In this document: in pieces, positions 20,321 to 32,100 of the stretch | Layout of the letters: each line of letters starts with the position of its first letter | How positions within the stretch are numbered: position 1 is the stretch's first letter | Origin: Tubulanus polymorphus | Taxonomy: Eukaryota > Animalia > Nemertea | DNA length: 64,000 nt | Direction: 5' to 3' | Assembly: GCF_964204645.1 (NCBI RefSeq) | Contig: NC_134025.1 | Span: 6,758,001 to 6,822,000, forward strand | The notes under the pieces: model-generated | The model's database searches: none | Told to the model about the DNA's origin: nothing | The model's input: the letters and a program-made list of their open reading frames with translations, nothing else | Program-made: the position numbers and the translations under genes

Positions 20321-21178
20321 TCAAATACCGATCAAAACTTGCATGATATGGTCCAAATCATCCGAAAGTAGATCGCCGCGACAATTCACGCCCGCGTTGG
20401 CGTACGAGTACGCGTCGTTCGTCGGAAACGCGTGCATCAGTTCGTCGGCGCTGAGCGGCGTCAGCTTCGACGTCAACGGCGAGAACAAATCTTCGTACAT
20501 CGTGACGTCGGGCACCGACGGATCCGAGTCGACGTCGCCGAATAAATCATCGACTCGTTCGACGGCGGCCGGCGACGATAGAGGAGCACATTCGTTCGAG
20601 TAGAAATCACCGACGCCGCCCGTGTTATTATTATTACTAGCGTTCGTTATATAGTCCCAAACAGATGCCGGCCATCGATTTTTACCATTACTATAACTCA
20701 CGTTGCAGTTTATATCGATAGCGTTACTAGTGCTGCTATTTTCTAGCGGAAGCAAATCTTTGTTCGATGAAGATTCGCTCGGTTTTTCGGTCGCGGTCGT
20801 CGCGTGTTGATCGGTCGGCTCGGTTACGGCTAATTTCGATTCGGGCCGTAACACGACTACCGTATTGTTCTGGGTTTGACCGCCGGACGGCGGCGGATCT
20901 AACGTCAATGCGTCCGACTGAATCGACGGTAACAAACTCGGCGTATTCGCTTTACTCAACGAAATACCTTCGCGATGAAGTTCGCCTTCGATGAATTTGA
21001 GCGTGTTGAAAATCAACACCGAACGCAACAGCGACGGTTCGACTTTCTTCACCGGAGCCGTCCGCAGCTTACACATCGATATATTGAGGATGGACTGACG
21101 TTGTTCGTGGTACGGTAGATCGTACAGACATGCATCGTCGAGCTTACGCTTCACACCGAACTGTACCGGACCCAACAT
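20321..21178 (-). CDS. SERTAD2: SERTA domain-containing transcriptional co-regulator (SERTAD2/CDCA4/taranis family), 285 aa
   Basis: Starts MLGPVQFGVKRKLD (family-typical GxKRK). SERTA domain QRQSILNISMCKL...VEPSLLRSVLIFNTLKFIEGEL and conserved C-terminus DDLDHIMQVLIG. A splice acceptor TTTCTTTTTTAG ends at 21186, so the first 42 aa of the track ORF are intronic. The vertebrate paralogue assignment is not resolvable. Confidence 0.92.
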   Translation of the reverse strand: MLGPVQFGVKRKLDDACLYDLPYHEQRQSILNISMCKLRTAPVKKVEPSLLRSVLIFNTLKFIEGELHREGISLSKANTPSLLPSIQSDALTLDPPPSGGQTQNNTVVVLRPESKLAVTEPTDQHATTATEKPSESSSNKDLLPLENSSTSNAIDINCNVSYSNGKNRWPASVWDYITNASNNNNTGGVGDFYSNECAPLSSPAAVERVDDLFGDVDSDPSVPDVTMYEDLFSPLTSKLTPLSADELMHAFPTNDAYSYANAGVNCRGDLLSDDLDHIMQVLIGI

Positions 21179-21905
21179 CTCATAACTAAAAAAGAAAATA
21201 ACTGATAACATGATTTGATACGGACAGTAAGAATATCCAATGCGGTGAACTGGAATAGACATAAAATCCAATATACCATTGAAATCAATAATAACTACCC
21301 GGTAAAACAAATGTTTGTTCGTTCATCTAAATGTTTTTGGACTCTGTCTGGAGACCACCATCAAAACATAATCATTAACTACTATTTAGTATACATGTGA
21401 TGATACTATTTTCTGGTATATTTCGGTTGAAAATTAAATAAAATATATTACTTCAAGTACAGTTTATATTGTGGTAGAATTAATGTATATAATAAGAAAC
21501 CTGTCCCTGATACTACGTACCGTAATATCTGAAGTTTACTATGAACCCATAATGGTAATTCTGCTTTAACACTTACCATCTGTTCTACATTTCACAGCAA
21601 TCAGAAGTATAAATTTTTTCAGAAATATAGAAATATTTAGATATAGAACTATTTATATTTAGGCCAGTCATCGATTGAATAATTTGGAAATTCCAAGATG
21701 ATTCAAACTCACACATATTCCCATGATGAAAATAAGGAAGTTGTTGAAAGATACTAACGCAACGATAAAAGTTGTGAAAACAGCATCTATTAATAATCAT
21801 GAAAAACTATTAACCACAGTAATTCATACACTGATTGGATGATAAATCAAATTGAAAGATAACAACACGATACGAGTTTAATGAATATCAGAAAAAAAAA
21901 CTCAC

Positions 21906-22320
21906 TGATTCAACAACGATATCAAAACTCATACAAGTGCGATGCTGCTACTACAACGACCAAAAATTACATTCCTCGTGCTTTTAGCCACCGACGAGCT
22001 TACATCCCCTTGACAACCAATTTCGATACAAATTCTGATGTCTACCGAGTGAGTGAGTGAACGGGAGTAATAACAAATGAGACAACAGTAGCGCAGCATT
22101 ATTATAGATTTTTCTACTTGCGTCGCTCTCTCGTCTATGTATGACGACATTTATCCCTACAAGCGAGTGAGAGAGAGAGAGCGGGTTCTATTGAAAATTC
22201 CTATGACGTATGCAACGCATTATTACAACCCATATAACGTTAGTTACAACTAACGTTTCAAACGCAAAAAAGTTTTGCTTTCTTTTTTTATCGATGGCGA
22301 CGTCATCGATGTAGCAAAAC
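21906..22320 (-). promoter_or_regulatory. Proximal SERTAD promoter and non-coding first exon
   Basis: Minus-strand donor A|GTGAGT at 21906/21905. CpG-rich, with CRE-like TGACGT motifs at ~22203 and ~22299 and a GA repeat at ~22166-22181. Confidence 0.5.
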
Positions 22321-23524
22321 CAAAGTATTCGTTTGAAACATATTACTGGTACTTTCTTTTTTGGCTGTCGTTAAAGTAAACACTGATTAAGCCTACTGCA
22401 TTAGCTAACATTGTAAAATCAGACTAATCAGCCTCGGATAACATCGAAAATTTAATTTCAGTTGGATGGAGTCAATTGTTTAGTAAATTCTTGGAATTTT
22501 GTTCATAATAAGCTGTTATAATTGTAAATATGTCCTGTATTAGTAAACTCCAAGCAATACAGGCCTTTAATTATCTAATAAAATGATTAAATCAAATGAA
22601 AATCAAATGATTAAATCAACACTCTATGATACCAGGATGCATAACCATCCCATAATAATGAACGAATGTGATTTCGTAAGAAAAGTTCAATTAGATAGTT
22701 TTCCTTTAAACTTTCAGAATCAAGACAAACCATTTGTAAAGTGTGATCGTACACTATACGATACTCTACCCCTCATGAAGAGATACCATGAAGTTAACCT
22801 ATCCAGGTCGAGATCGTTGTAAGAATAAGTTAATAGCTCAAGTGTTGAGCAACTTTCTTTGAAATTTCATTACAATAACTTGTGAAATCAGTCGTGATAA
22901 TCATTCGAAATAAAATAATCTAATAAATCAGCTCAATTTCAGCGCTATATAAAACTTACACAATCATATCCGTTGGAAAAATGAAGTAAATCCATTATTC
23001 TCCGTTTAGCACCAATTAAATGATTGTAGAAAATAATCCTTGTTCTTTATTCCATATTCGTAGTATTAAACAAAGGAATGTCAAACCAGGAAAGACTATA
23101 TATACCCGGGCTTCCCATTGCTAGAATAGCACATTCTGACTAATCCAATAACCTAGTTTTTCTCTTGGAAAAATTGTGACAGGTAATAGCTACACATTCT
23201 TGGATTTCCGCCAAATTTCGTTTTCGGCAGTTCTTATGAAATCGGGAGACATTAAAGGTTTCTTTTCAAACTAAAAGTAAATTTTCCTACAGGAAGAACT
23301 TTACATAGGCCATGTAGGAATAATTTCACGAAAAAGTTTGAAATTCAATTCTTACAAAGACTAAGCGAGTGATGGTGAAGCTCCAGTGGGTCCGAGTGAG
23401 TCTTACACTATGATATCACATCATTTAACTTTAAATCAATGTCTAGATTTTTCCAATCAAACATTAGATCAGTGATGCATCCAGTGGGCCTTCATACATC
23501 CATCACTAGACTTATCAGTATCAA

Positions 23525-23556
23525 CAGGGAGGTGGGAGTTCACTCCCACCTCCCTG
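23525..23556. repeat. Perfect 15-bp inverted repeat (hairpin)
   Basis: CAGGGAGGTGGGAGT-TC-ACTCCCACCTCCCTG. Confidence 0.9.
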
Positions 23557-23685
23557 GTATCAGATATGACCACGTACGCACATATGTACGGTTTTTCCCC
23601 AGAATCACAGTGAACCCCAGTTATGAATTGAGTTGGACACTGAAGACACCGGGGTAAAGTTAAAACAAGTCTGCTTTCCAGTCCA

Positions 23686-23943
23686 GTTTCATGAAAAAGT
23701 GTAAGCTTATTGTCCTCAGGCAACATGAAGTTACCACTATCAAAAATCTTAGATTCACTTTTTTGTGAAACCATCCCCCAGGCCCCGTTTCTCAAAAAAG
23801 TTGTTTAACTCAAATTTGTAGACAAACCTATTGGTTAATTAGTCAACTTGATCATGTTTTTCGATGAGGACAACAATTCAACTATAAACTACTTAACTTA
23901 TTTTATTTAAAAAGCTTTAACTTTTCCATGAAACGGAACACTG
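23686..23943. mobile_element. Two adjacent degenerate MITEs with related TIRs
   Basis: GTTTCATGAAAAAGTG (23686) / CACTTTTTTGTGAAAC (23756-23771), and CAGGCCCCGTTTCTCAAAAAAGTT (23779) / AACTTTTCCATGAAACGGAACACTG (23919-23943). Confidence 0.5.
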
Positions 23944-24050
23944 AGGTAAAAGCATTAAAAGGCACAGTAAAAACTTGGGTAGAGGCACTGGCAGAGTGAC
24001 TGGCCTACCTAAAAGAATCATGACATAGAGTAGAGAGGCACGAATCTTAC

Positions 24051-24744
24051 CTGGGCATTTTGCTGCACTGCTACCATTATGAATTGCACTCCCTGGCAAA
24101 TGAGGCATACATCTTCCAAGCTTAGAAGAAAGGTACGCTACTTTTCATGTTGGACAATCATCATTGCATCAGTACGTAGCTGTTTCTATCGACTAGAGGC
24201 TCTTAGAGAGAGAAGTTGTAGTAGTTGTTGCTACTTCCTTCTTCTTCCTTCCTTCGTTTGGTTTGTTGGATCAGACTCGGAGTTCAGTTCACTTTTAGTT
24301 ACTACATTGAAAAGTTTATATCACCGTGTTATATAATCAGAATGTGAAGACCCTTAGTAGTTCATTAAAGAAAACTGGACAGAAACGATTGAATTACTCA
24401 CAGAAACTGAAAACGTGCCCTAAAACACAGAGAAAATCGTAGAAAACTCCATTTATTCCAGCAGCAGTTTTCCTTGGAGCTTTTAGTCATCGTTGTCATC
24501 GCTAGATGATTGACATGCTAGCTCCGGGCTGAATAGAATTTAGCGATTCATGGTTATTTTCAAAATCAAAATTAAATACTTCTTTGAATGATAAAGGAAG
24601 AAAAAAATTAGCAAAATTTCAGAACCGATTAAAGATTTTCAGATCAATAGCCTAATTAGCTTAAAAACAAAGGGTTAAGAATTTAAGGTATCGCTGTATT
24701 GACGTCACAGTGAATAGCCAATAATATCGCTCGACTCTAATTGG
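24051..24744 (-). promoter_or_regulatory. Distal SERTAD promoter and two upstream exons
   Basis: Full CRE TGACGTCA 24700-24707, CCAAT 24718-24722, ATTGG 24740-24744. Minus-strand donor GTGAGT at 24401, acceptor CTTTTCAATGTAG ending at 24302 (100-bp intron), exon 24301-24051 ending CCAG|GTAAGA. Confidence 0.55.
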
Positions 24745-24979
24745 GGCACCTGTTGTGCCATATTAGGAAAATACACGAACCCTCGTAGGCGTTAAGTCTC
24801 GTCCATCATCATCCATCAAGTTAGAACCCCCAAGCCTGGATTATGAGTCCACGCCAAAATTAATGAATTGGGATGTGTAATGCGGAGGTTGCCTCATCTT
24901 GGACTTGGTCTTGTGGTCTTATAATTTTTTCTGATCCCACTTCTTAAATATCGCGAAATTCATATACGATGCCATGGGC

Positions 24980-25163
24980 TTGTAAATATCACTTAAATAA
25001 TATTGTATGTATATATTAGACATTGTATTACCTCTCTATCCTTTTATTGTTTTTTTTTATTGCACATCATTTTAGTTTTTTGTCTGTTTGTTGTTATTGT
25101 TGTTTTTCTTCATTCACAATTTTATACTTTGGATTTAATGATGAATAAATTGAAATTGAAATT
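24980..25163 (+). mobile_element. Probable LINE 3' tail remnant
   Basis: T/TG-rich tract ending AATAAATTGAAATTGAAATT, a short tandem tail typical of CR1/L2-type elements. Confidence 0.35.
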
Positions 25164-25377
25164 ATAAAGCTTATTCAATTCTTAATAGATGTATTTTTGC
25201 CTTGGTCACTGATTCAATATATACATAGTACTGTACTGCGGAGACTCAAACATTATAAACTACTGACTCCAGGCGTTTTGCTGCCGTTTCTATCACCATG
25301 GTAACTTCACGCTCCCACTCGTACTGTGCGTACATATAAATTACGAAAGATGGCGCAGTCGTCGCTTGGTGCATGCC

Positions 25378-25407
25378 GACGAGGTGGCCCAGTGGTTAAG
25401 GCGATGG
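25378..25407 (+). pseudogene. Truncated tRNA-Ser(GCU)-derived fragment
   Basis: GACGAGGTGGCCCAGTGGTTAAGGCGATGG differs at one position from the 5' 30 nt of animal tRNA-Ser(GCU) as I recall it. No anticodon loop, B box or 3' acceptor strand follows. Confidence 0.75.
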
Positions 25408-27289
25408 CATGGACTCCATGTCAGTCCATCATTCATTCCCACATCATTTCGGCGTAGATAGTTTTTGATCTTGTTGCATATTTCACTGCAAAAATGTGCG
25501 TCAGTGACACGTAATATTTGTGGAGGGAGGCGGGCGTGAGACGGATTTTGTTTCTGCATTAATTCAAATAATGTAAAGCACAAAACACCGAAATACAAAC
25601 AATATTCCTATGACATTTAATTCGTGGCTTGATGAATTTACTGGACTCTACCCTTTACCTTGAATTTACACTTACACAGACTGTGGCATGCGAGTTCGCG
25701 TTATCATTGAAAAGGTGGAGGCAATCATAATGGCGGTCCTTTAAATTAACACGCTTCGACTTCTTTTCCGCATCCTGACCACCTTCGTCAATACGTTCAC
25801 TTTGCCTTGGTAAGTTCGGATACGTCCTCGATATCTGGATGAATTTTGTCGCGTTTAGTAAACCCATAACCCATAAAGCGCTTGATGGACGGAAATATAT
25901 AAAATCCAAAAAAGTCTATGTCTGGCGCATCGCACTTTTTTCTCCGACTTCTGTTCTGGATCATCAGTGGATGACGATGTGAGTGTGACGTGTTTTGTAG
26001 GTACCCCCCTTCCAAAAATTTTATGTCATTTATTGCCATTGGCTTTTCCCTGCCTTAACTAACTATGTATTGATTAATTTTAATTTTACCGAATTAAGTC
26101 GTTTAAAAAAGCAGTAGGTTTAGATAAACTTCTTGCTTAGCTATGATAATGCTGAAAGGCGACACAGACTGGTTAGCAAAACAATTAATCAATAGTCAAT
26201 ATGCTTGCTTGGTTACGTTTATGTAAATACGTTAATTTTTCAATGAAATTTGAACATGTTTTTTAGGCCCCTTAAATTCAAAAATGAAAATAAACTTAAG
26301 TTGAAATGTCGAAGAAATTTAAATGCAGTAGGCCTCCAGAGTACTGCCTACTGGTAACTGAGGAACCACCTCTGTAGTCGTAGAATATTTCCTGGCCGCA
26401 GCAACGATGCTGGTCCATATTGGTTTTACACAGCTCGGGGAAAGCTTTTATGCTTTTAAGTTGAAGTTAAGTTCTCATAGTGACGAAGAATGCGTTTCAA
26501 TAGTATGCATAGCATTAATATAGATATTGATTTCTGTGCCAATTTTAACTCTTCATTATGGAAAAATTGCTCTATCACTCTCACTCTTAATTGCACTCAA
26601 TATATGATGTATCTACCTATGATCTACCTGAAATACATTTTCATACTTCAGCGAAGTGACAAGTTAAACCCGTTATGATGCAGTGATATGTTTTCTTTAA
26701 GATTCTGCTGGTTTATTACTCTCTTAGTGTTGTTAACTGGAGGGCTGCTAGAGATAAAATAGGTTTTGATTTTTGTTTTCAAAATTTTTCTGAGAACACT
26801 TATCAACAAGTTGCAGTTTTGAGAAAAAATTGTATCTCGACTTTTCATGCTCTGTGAAACTCATCTGATTAGATCTATCTTGCTATTATTTATTGCGTTC
26901 TATTATTGGAAAGATTATATCGTTGATATTTAAGCGATCCCATGTGATTTACAAGGATTTCCTTGAACTATGATTGAAGTTGTATATTGGCTGCATGACT
27001 TTTTGTGATGGAATTGCATGTCGTGCAAGTCGTGATTGTTGGCCTGGAATTAAACCATAAATTATTGATTTCTAATTAAAGAGTTACTGCAATTCCCGTG
27101 TGTTTTCGCCTTGTTACGCGAATTTTACTTATTCAAACCGGTGACGTCTTGAGCCTGTAAAATAGCGATTGCATTAAACACTCGATATTAGTTGATTATA
27201 CAAAGTGGGCCTACAATCTGATTTCCATCGAAGCATTGTATGTAATCTCCAATGAATAAGCTCTCTCCAAGAAGAGAGACAGAAGGATG

Positions 27290-27487
27290 TCACATGAAGC
27301 TTCTCGCAGAATGCCCAGTACTGACGTGCTTTGAGTCCACAGCATCTAGCAGCTCAAGATACCAGGCCTGCACCAACAGGGTGATATGAAGAGCTTTGGC
27401 ATTGGTGCCTCGAATACCAAGTGGTACCGAGAGAACAAATGCCCGAGACAAGTCCAGCTGCAGTAACACGTTAGATGACTGCTTCAC
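27290..27487 (-). mobile_element. Decayed non-LTR retrotransposon reverse transcriptase fragment
   Basis: VLLQLDLSRAF followed by LGIRGT resembles the CR1/L2 RT motif hhhLDLSKAFD...LGIxG. Locally GC-rich. Confidence 0.5.
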
Positions 27488-28928
27488 TACTACTAGAGCA
27501 CTAGCAAATAGTTATGTTCACCATAAAGTATTTTGAACTTAATCTTTATGATATAGTTATGATTCCAATGGTTGCTCACATTTATTTTTTTCTTATCTAC
27601 GATTTAGTGTCTTTAGAATGCGAAAGTGCACATATATGGATTTTTTCATTTGCAAAGAATATGGAGCTCAAAGCAATGCGGTGTATACATTACATGGCCT
27701 GTCGTTCCACTTGTTTTATTATTAAGGCTTGTATTTCATGACACATTTTCTCATGTTGTAGCTTTCAGTATTTGTTACCTGAAGTGTCACTGCAGCAGAG
27801 AATATTGACAATGTTCACAACTTCTCGCTGCATAATTTGCCACGATAGAAGTTTCCCTTTGCGAAGAGAGTCGACAGGAAAATTAAAATGCCAATACTTC
27901 GAAGTCTGTCAAAAGAAATCGCGGAGAGACACGCCCGTCTTAGGAACATGCGACTTTTGTTAAGTGTTACGCCGACAAAAGCGACGACTATAAGCGCATG
28001 GATCGATATAAGCTGAAATACATATGGAGGAGATGCTTTAAATTCTGTCTTTTCGAGAACCAAAATATCAGTTGCGGAGATGAGTAATTTATATCTAGCT
28101 AAACCGATGGCACTTTCGCAATTGAATAAAACGTGATTATGAGGAGATTGTAAAAGTCATTACCGTCAACTGGTCACGTTTAATGTGGCTCTCCTTGTTT
28201 TCCTGATGAATCTAGAGTTGGTGGGGAGTTTTTATTTCATGAATTAATTGCCATTAACGTCAGGCCTGGTTACTTTTCCATGAACTGCCGGTACCATAGC
28301 AACTACCATCAATATAAAAGCTTTTCTAATCAAAACGATGATGGTCGCTCTTCATAAAAATGAGAGTATTTAATGTGTGAAATAGGAAAAAGTTAATTAT
28401 CTGGCAATAGGAATTTTTCTATTATTATTTGGTGACACTCAGCGTGTATAAACTCACTAATGCTCGGCTGTCGGTACATATGTGAATTGTACCTAATAAA
28501 TATTCTAAATCATATACTTTTATCAGGTATTTTCGTAAAAGGGATGGGGTGCTGAAATGAATTTTCATAAATTTCATTCTTGCTCTGATTTATTAAAATC
28601 CATCCGTAATCACACCCGTAATAAAAGACTTGGAAAAAGTAAAAAAAGATATCATATGTTTCAACATAGGCCTAAGTTATATTTTGGTTCTTAGCTTAGA
28701 TTCTAGCGCTTTATTTAACGCTTTTAATGGAAATTTTCAACACTTTCCCAATCTTGCAGAAATTCTATATAGGTCTAACCAATATGCACTATTTGATACA
28801 ACGGGATGCCAAATCCCGGTTACTTACGGTAATGAAACGGTGCCTTTGGTTGGCTATTTCGTCGACTGTCACTAGAGAGAGTTACGATGCTCGAATTGAG
28901 AACGGGCTGTAACTAGAATTCACACATT

Positions 28929-29110
28929 GTGACGCGCTCTGCTGCCACAGGTTTATCACGTGGCTCTCTGTCTCACAACTCTCACTCTGTTACAATTGTT
29001 CTCCAGTTTCTGAGCACTCATCAACATCATCTCTTGTGTATCATCGACTGGTCAGCAATTTTGAGTTCAGTGATTTACACAGTTTCATCAGAAAACTGTT
29101 CGTTACGACC
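28929..29110 (+). promoter_or_regulatory. Promoter and non-coding first exon, probably of the SLC1A gene
   Basis: CpG-containing region with TGACGC, E-box CACGTG (~28957) and a CT-rich initiator-like tract, ending at the strong donor CC|GTAAGT (29110/29111). I found no other + strand coding gene before 58400. Confidence 0.5.
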
Positions 29111-32100
29111 GTAAGTTGGTTTATCCTTTTTTTTTAATCGATCCTATCCATCTTGGAAATCTTTGTAACAGTATCTTTGAAAAAGTTGAAAACTTCATTA
29201 GCCAATTGCTAAAGGGTTGCATCAATGATATTTGACAGTTTTATGATTGTGCAATTGGTTTCTGCACTTCATAGAATAGCACGGCAATGGTACTTACTAT
29301 TAGGAAGAAACTTGAAAACTCAAAAGTTCCAGTGAAGAAATTCAGTCATTCAACTATTTGATTTTAGCGTGATATAAAACCTGCCTCAAGATATTCTGAA
29401 TTTTGGGTAATGAGAAACAATTCTCTGTGCACTTAAATACTTCATTTACAATCTTTGGTATTGAATCAAAGAACAAATCTCATTTGGACTTCGAAAAAAA
29501 CGTTACATAATCGCATTATTTAATCATACTCAGTTTGATGTAAGTCGATTTCATTTATTAAATTATATATGCGAGAATCATAAACCAATCTTGTTGTAAG
29601 ATTATCAGTTGCATATGAATATATACCGTAACACTATTGTCCAGTATAGCGTAAAGGTTACGGTCAGCTCATCATTTATTGCATCTCAAGTCCGGACTAC
29701 TGTCCTTTGCTATATCGGGTCATTCTTTTCATAATAATCGAGTTCAGTATTTATACAAGCAGCAGCGGAGAAGTTATTAGTATATTATGTACGTCCATGT
29801 ATAAACAATTGGCAGCTCTACCTAATAATAATGCTTACTCTCTTGTAAACCCGATTCCCACATAGTCGCGCTGACCTAATGGTTAAACGATCGCATAATT
29901 ATGCATAATTTATTTGTGCATTAAATGCTACTGCCATTAATAATGTGAAAAACGCTCAATTATTTTTGCTAAAGTATATTTGATGATTGATGTTTGAGAA
30001 TATCTCGGTTGGTATTTACCCTCTTTGTAAATACGGTATTACACACTGAATGTAAAACTTCAGATTTGAACTATGTACGTGTTACTGATTCCTGGTACAG
30101 ATTCATGTTCTCGATTATTTCCGTACTTCGATAAATTTCAGTACTTTTCGTTGGTAATTGTTACTGCTGCATTACGTATTAAGGACTACTTCTCGATAAT
30201 CTAGCTCTGCTTTCCCAGAGGCATGTGGGCGTGCAAAACTATTTTAGCCCTGCCGGGATATATAACCCTTGATTCTGCTGTGACCTTGACTTTTATAGTT
30301 GGTCACTTTTCCTGATGCGTTTGATGTTATGATGCAGCATTGATGGATGTCATGAGCATTTTGTTAAATGATATTGGCACTGATAGATTTGTGCTATTGG
30401 GGAAATTACTGATTTGAATTGGATATCATCATGGGCTGCTTATAATTACTCAATTGATGGTTTCTCTTCAAAATTCATAATTGATACTGATCAAATTTTT
30501 CAAACTCTGCATCTAGTTTAAAACCAAGCTGCTGATAGCTGCTTCAGTTGCTGTCTCTTATGTTCCACTATGTTATTGACAGCTTTGATCTCTGTGTGCT
30601 TTTGAATATCTATCTGATTCGATCAAAGTTTATCAGTAACTGACCTCATTGCTTACCGGAAATGGAATCCATTGCTGTATTTGACATTTATGCAGCATGA
30701 AATGAAACCTTGGTTATTCATTCGCTGTTGAACCACACTGATACCCGAATATGTATTTCAAAGCATATTATTTGACGAAGCTCTGACAAAGTTTCTGAAT
30801 GAATGGAATAATGATTTTAAGACTCCTAGCATAGATTATAGTAAAGATATGTAATAACTAACTTTTGATAAGAAATTTTATGTGAATGGTTAATAGCAGC
30901 ACATGAACATGTACGTACATGTCCATAAACTAGGTCCAGGAATTTCCTGCTATTCTTCAATGTGCATCGGCGGCATAACGTGTCTTACTATGATAACATC
31001 AATTTCCGATGTGACACAATTCAGACATGCCTGGTCTGTTTTGATATTTGCGCTCATAGCGATTTTCCAAGCCTCGCGGCGGGAAAATTTGTTTAAAATG
31101 ATTTCCCCGTCGGTTATTGTCTCATCTCCATTTGGGACGTTCTATTGTCGTTCGGTTTTTACCGCGTTTCAAATGAAGCTCGTCGTTTCGTCCATTCACC
31201 GGTTTTTGTAAAGGTAAAATCGATTGTATATCGATTTCTAGGCCGCGACTTTCATCGGGGCGACCGTTGGAAAAGATGCGATATACGCTGCGGCGTCCGT
31301 GATTGCAATTATTCGTCGCTAATCAACGCGTCGATATTGCAATATTTGATTATATTTGATAATTTATCTCAGGCCTGAAAGAATTATTTACAAAAACCCG
31401 CAGCCGCGAATTGGAACGATGCCAGCTGAACCGTTTATGTATCGGAAATAAATTGCATTCCCATTGCATATAGAAAGGGAAATATGTTGGATGCAGGGGC
31501 TCGTATAGATTAATTAGTTCATGCTGTGGAAACTAGTGTATAATTACTAGGTTTATGTCTGCTTTATTCTGATTATGTATATCCAACTCTTGCACTAATC
31601 TGGATACATGAAATGAATATAACGCGTACCTGACGATTTTTTCGAGGCAGGAATTTTCATGTGGTGCGCCATTATTCCAAAAGGGCAATTTTCTGCCAGA
31701 AAAGGCATCTTATATGCATGATTAGAATTCGATATATACTCTAAGATTTTCATGTCGGAAATATATATCTTATGTAGTATTTTTAAACTAAGCAAATATG
31801 AAGGAACTGTATTGGAAGAGATTCATTCTTAAGCCTAGTTCAGATCGCATACGATTCGACCCGATTGTCAAATCTTGAGGAATCGGCAACCAGTGGCTGA
31901 TTTTTCAGTCTGGGAATCTTTGTGACATGAGTGTACTTGAGATTGTTAAGACTAATTGCGGACCAGTTGATCGTAAGGATCAAATATATGTTCTATTTCT
32001 TATGAGGATCGGATTGGATCTTATGTGACCCGAGTGTAATTACGAATGATCTTAAGGTCGTAGCTAATGAACAGTGATGTTCACGTCACATGCTCGAGTT

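Noticed and set aside
20343-20994. Plus-strand ORFs overlapping SERTAD
   Set aside because: Antisense shadows of a GC-rich coding exon.
21186-21310. N-terminal extension of the 329-aa SERTAD ORF in the track
   Set aside because: It lies upstream of a clear splice acceptor, and the family-typical start is at 21178.
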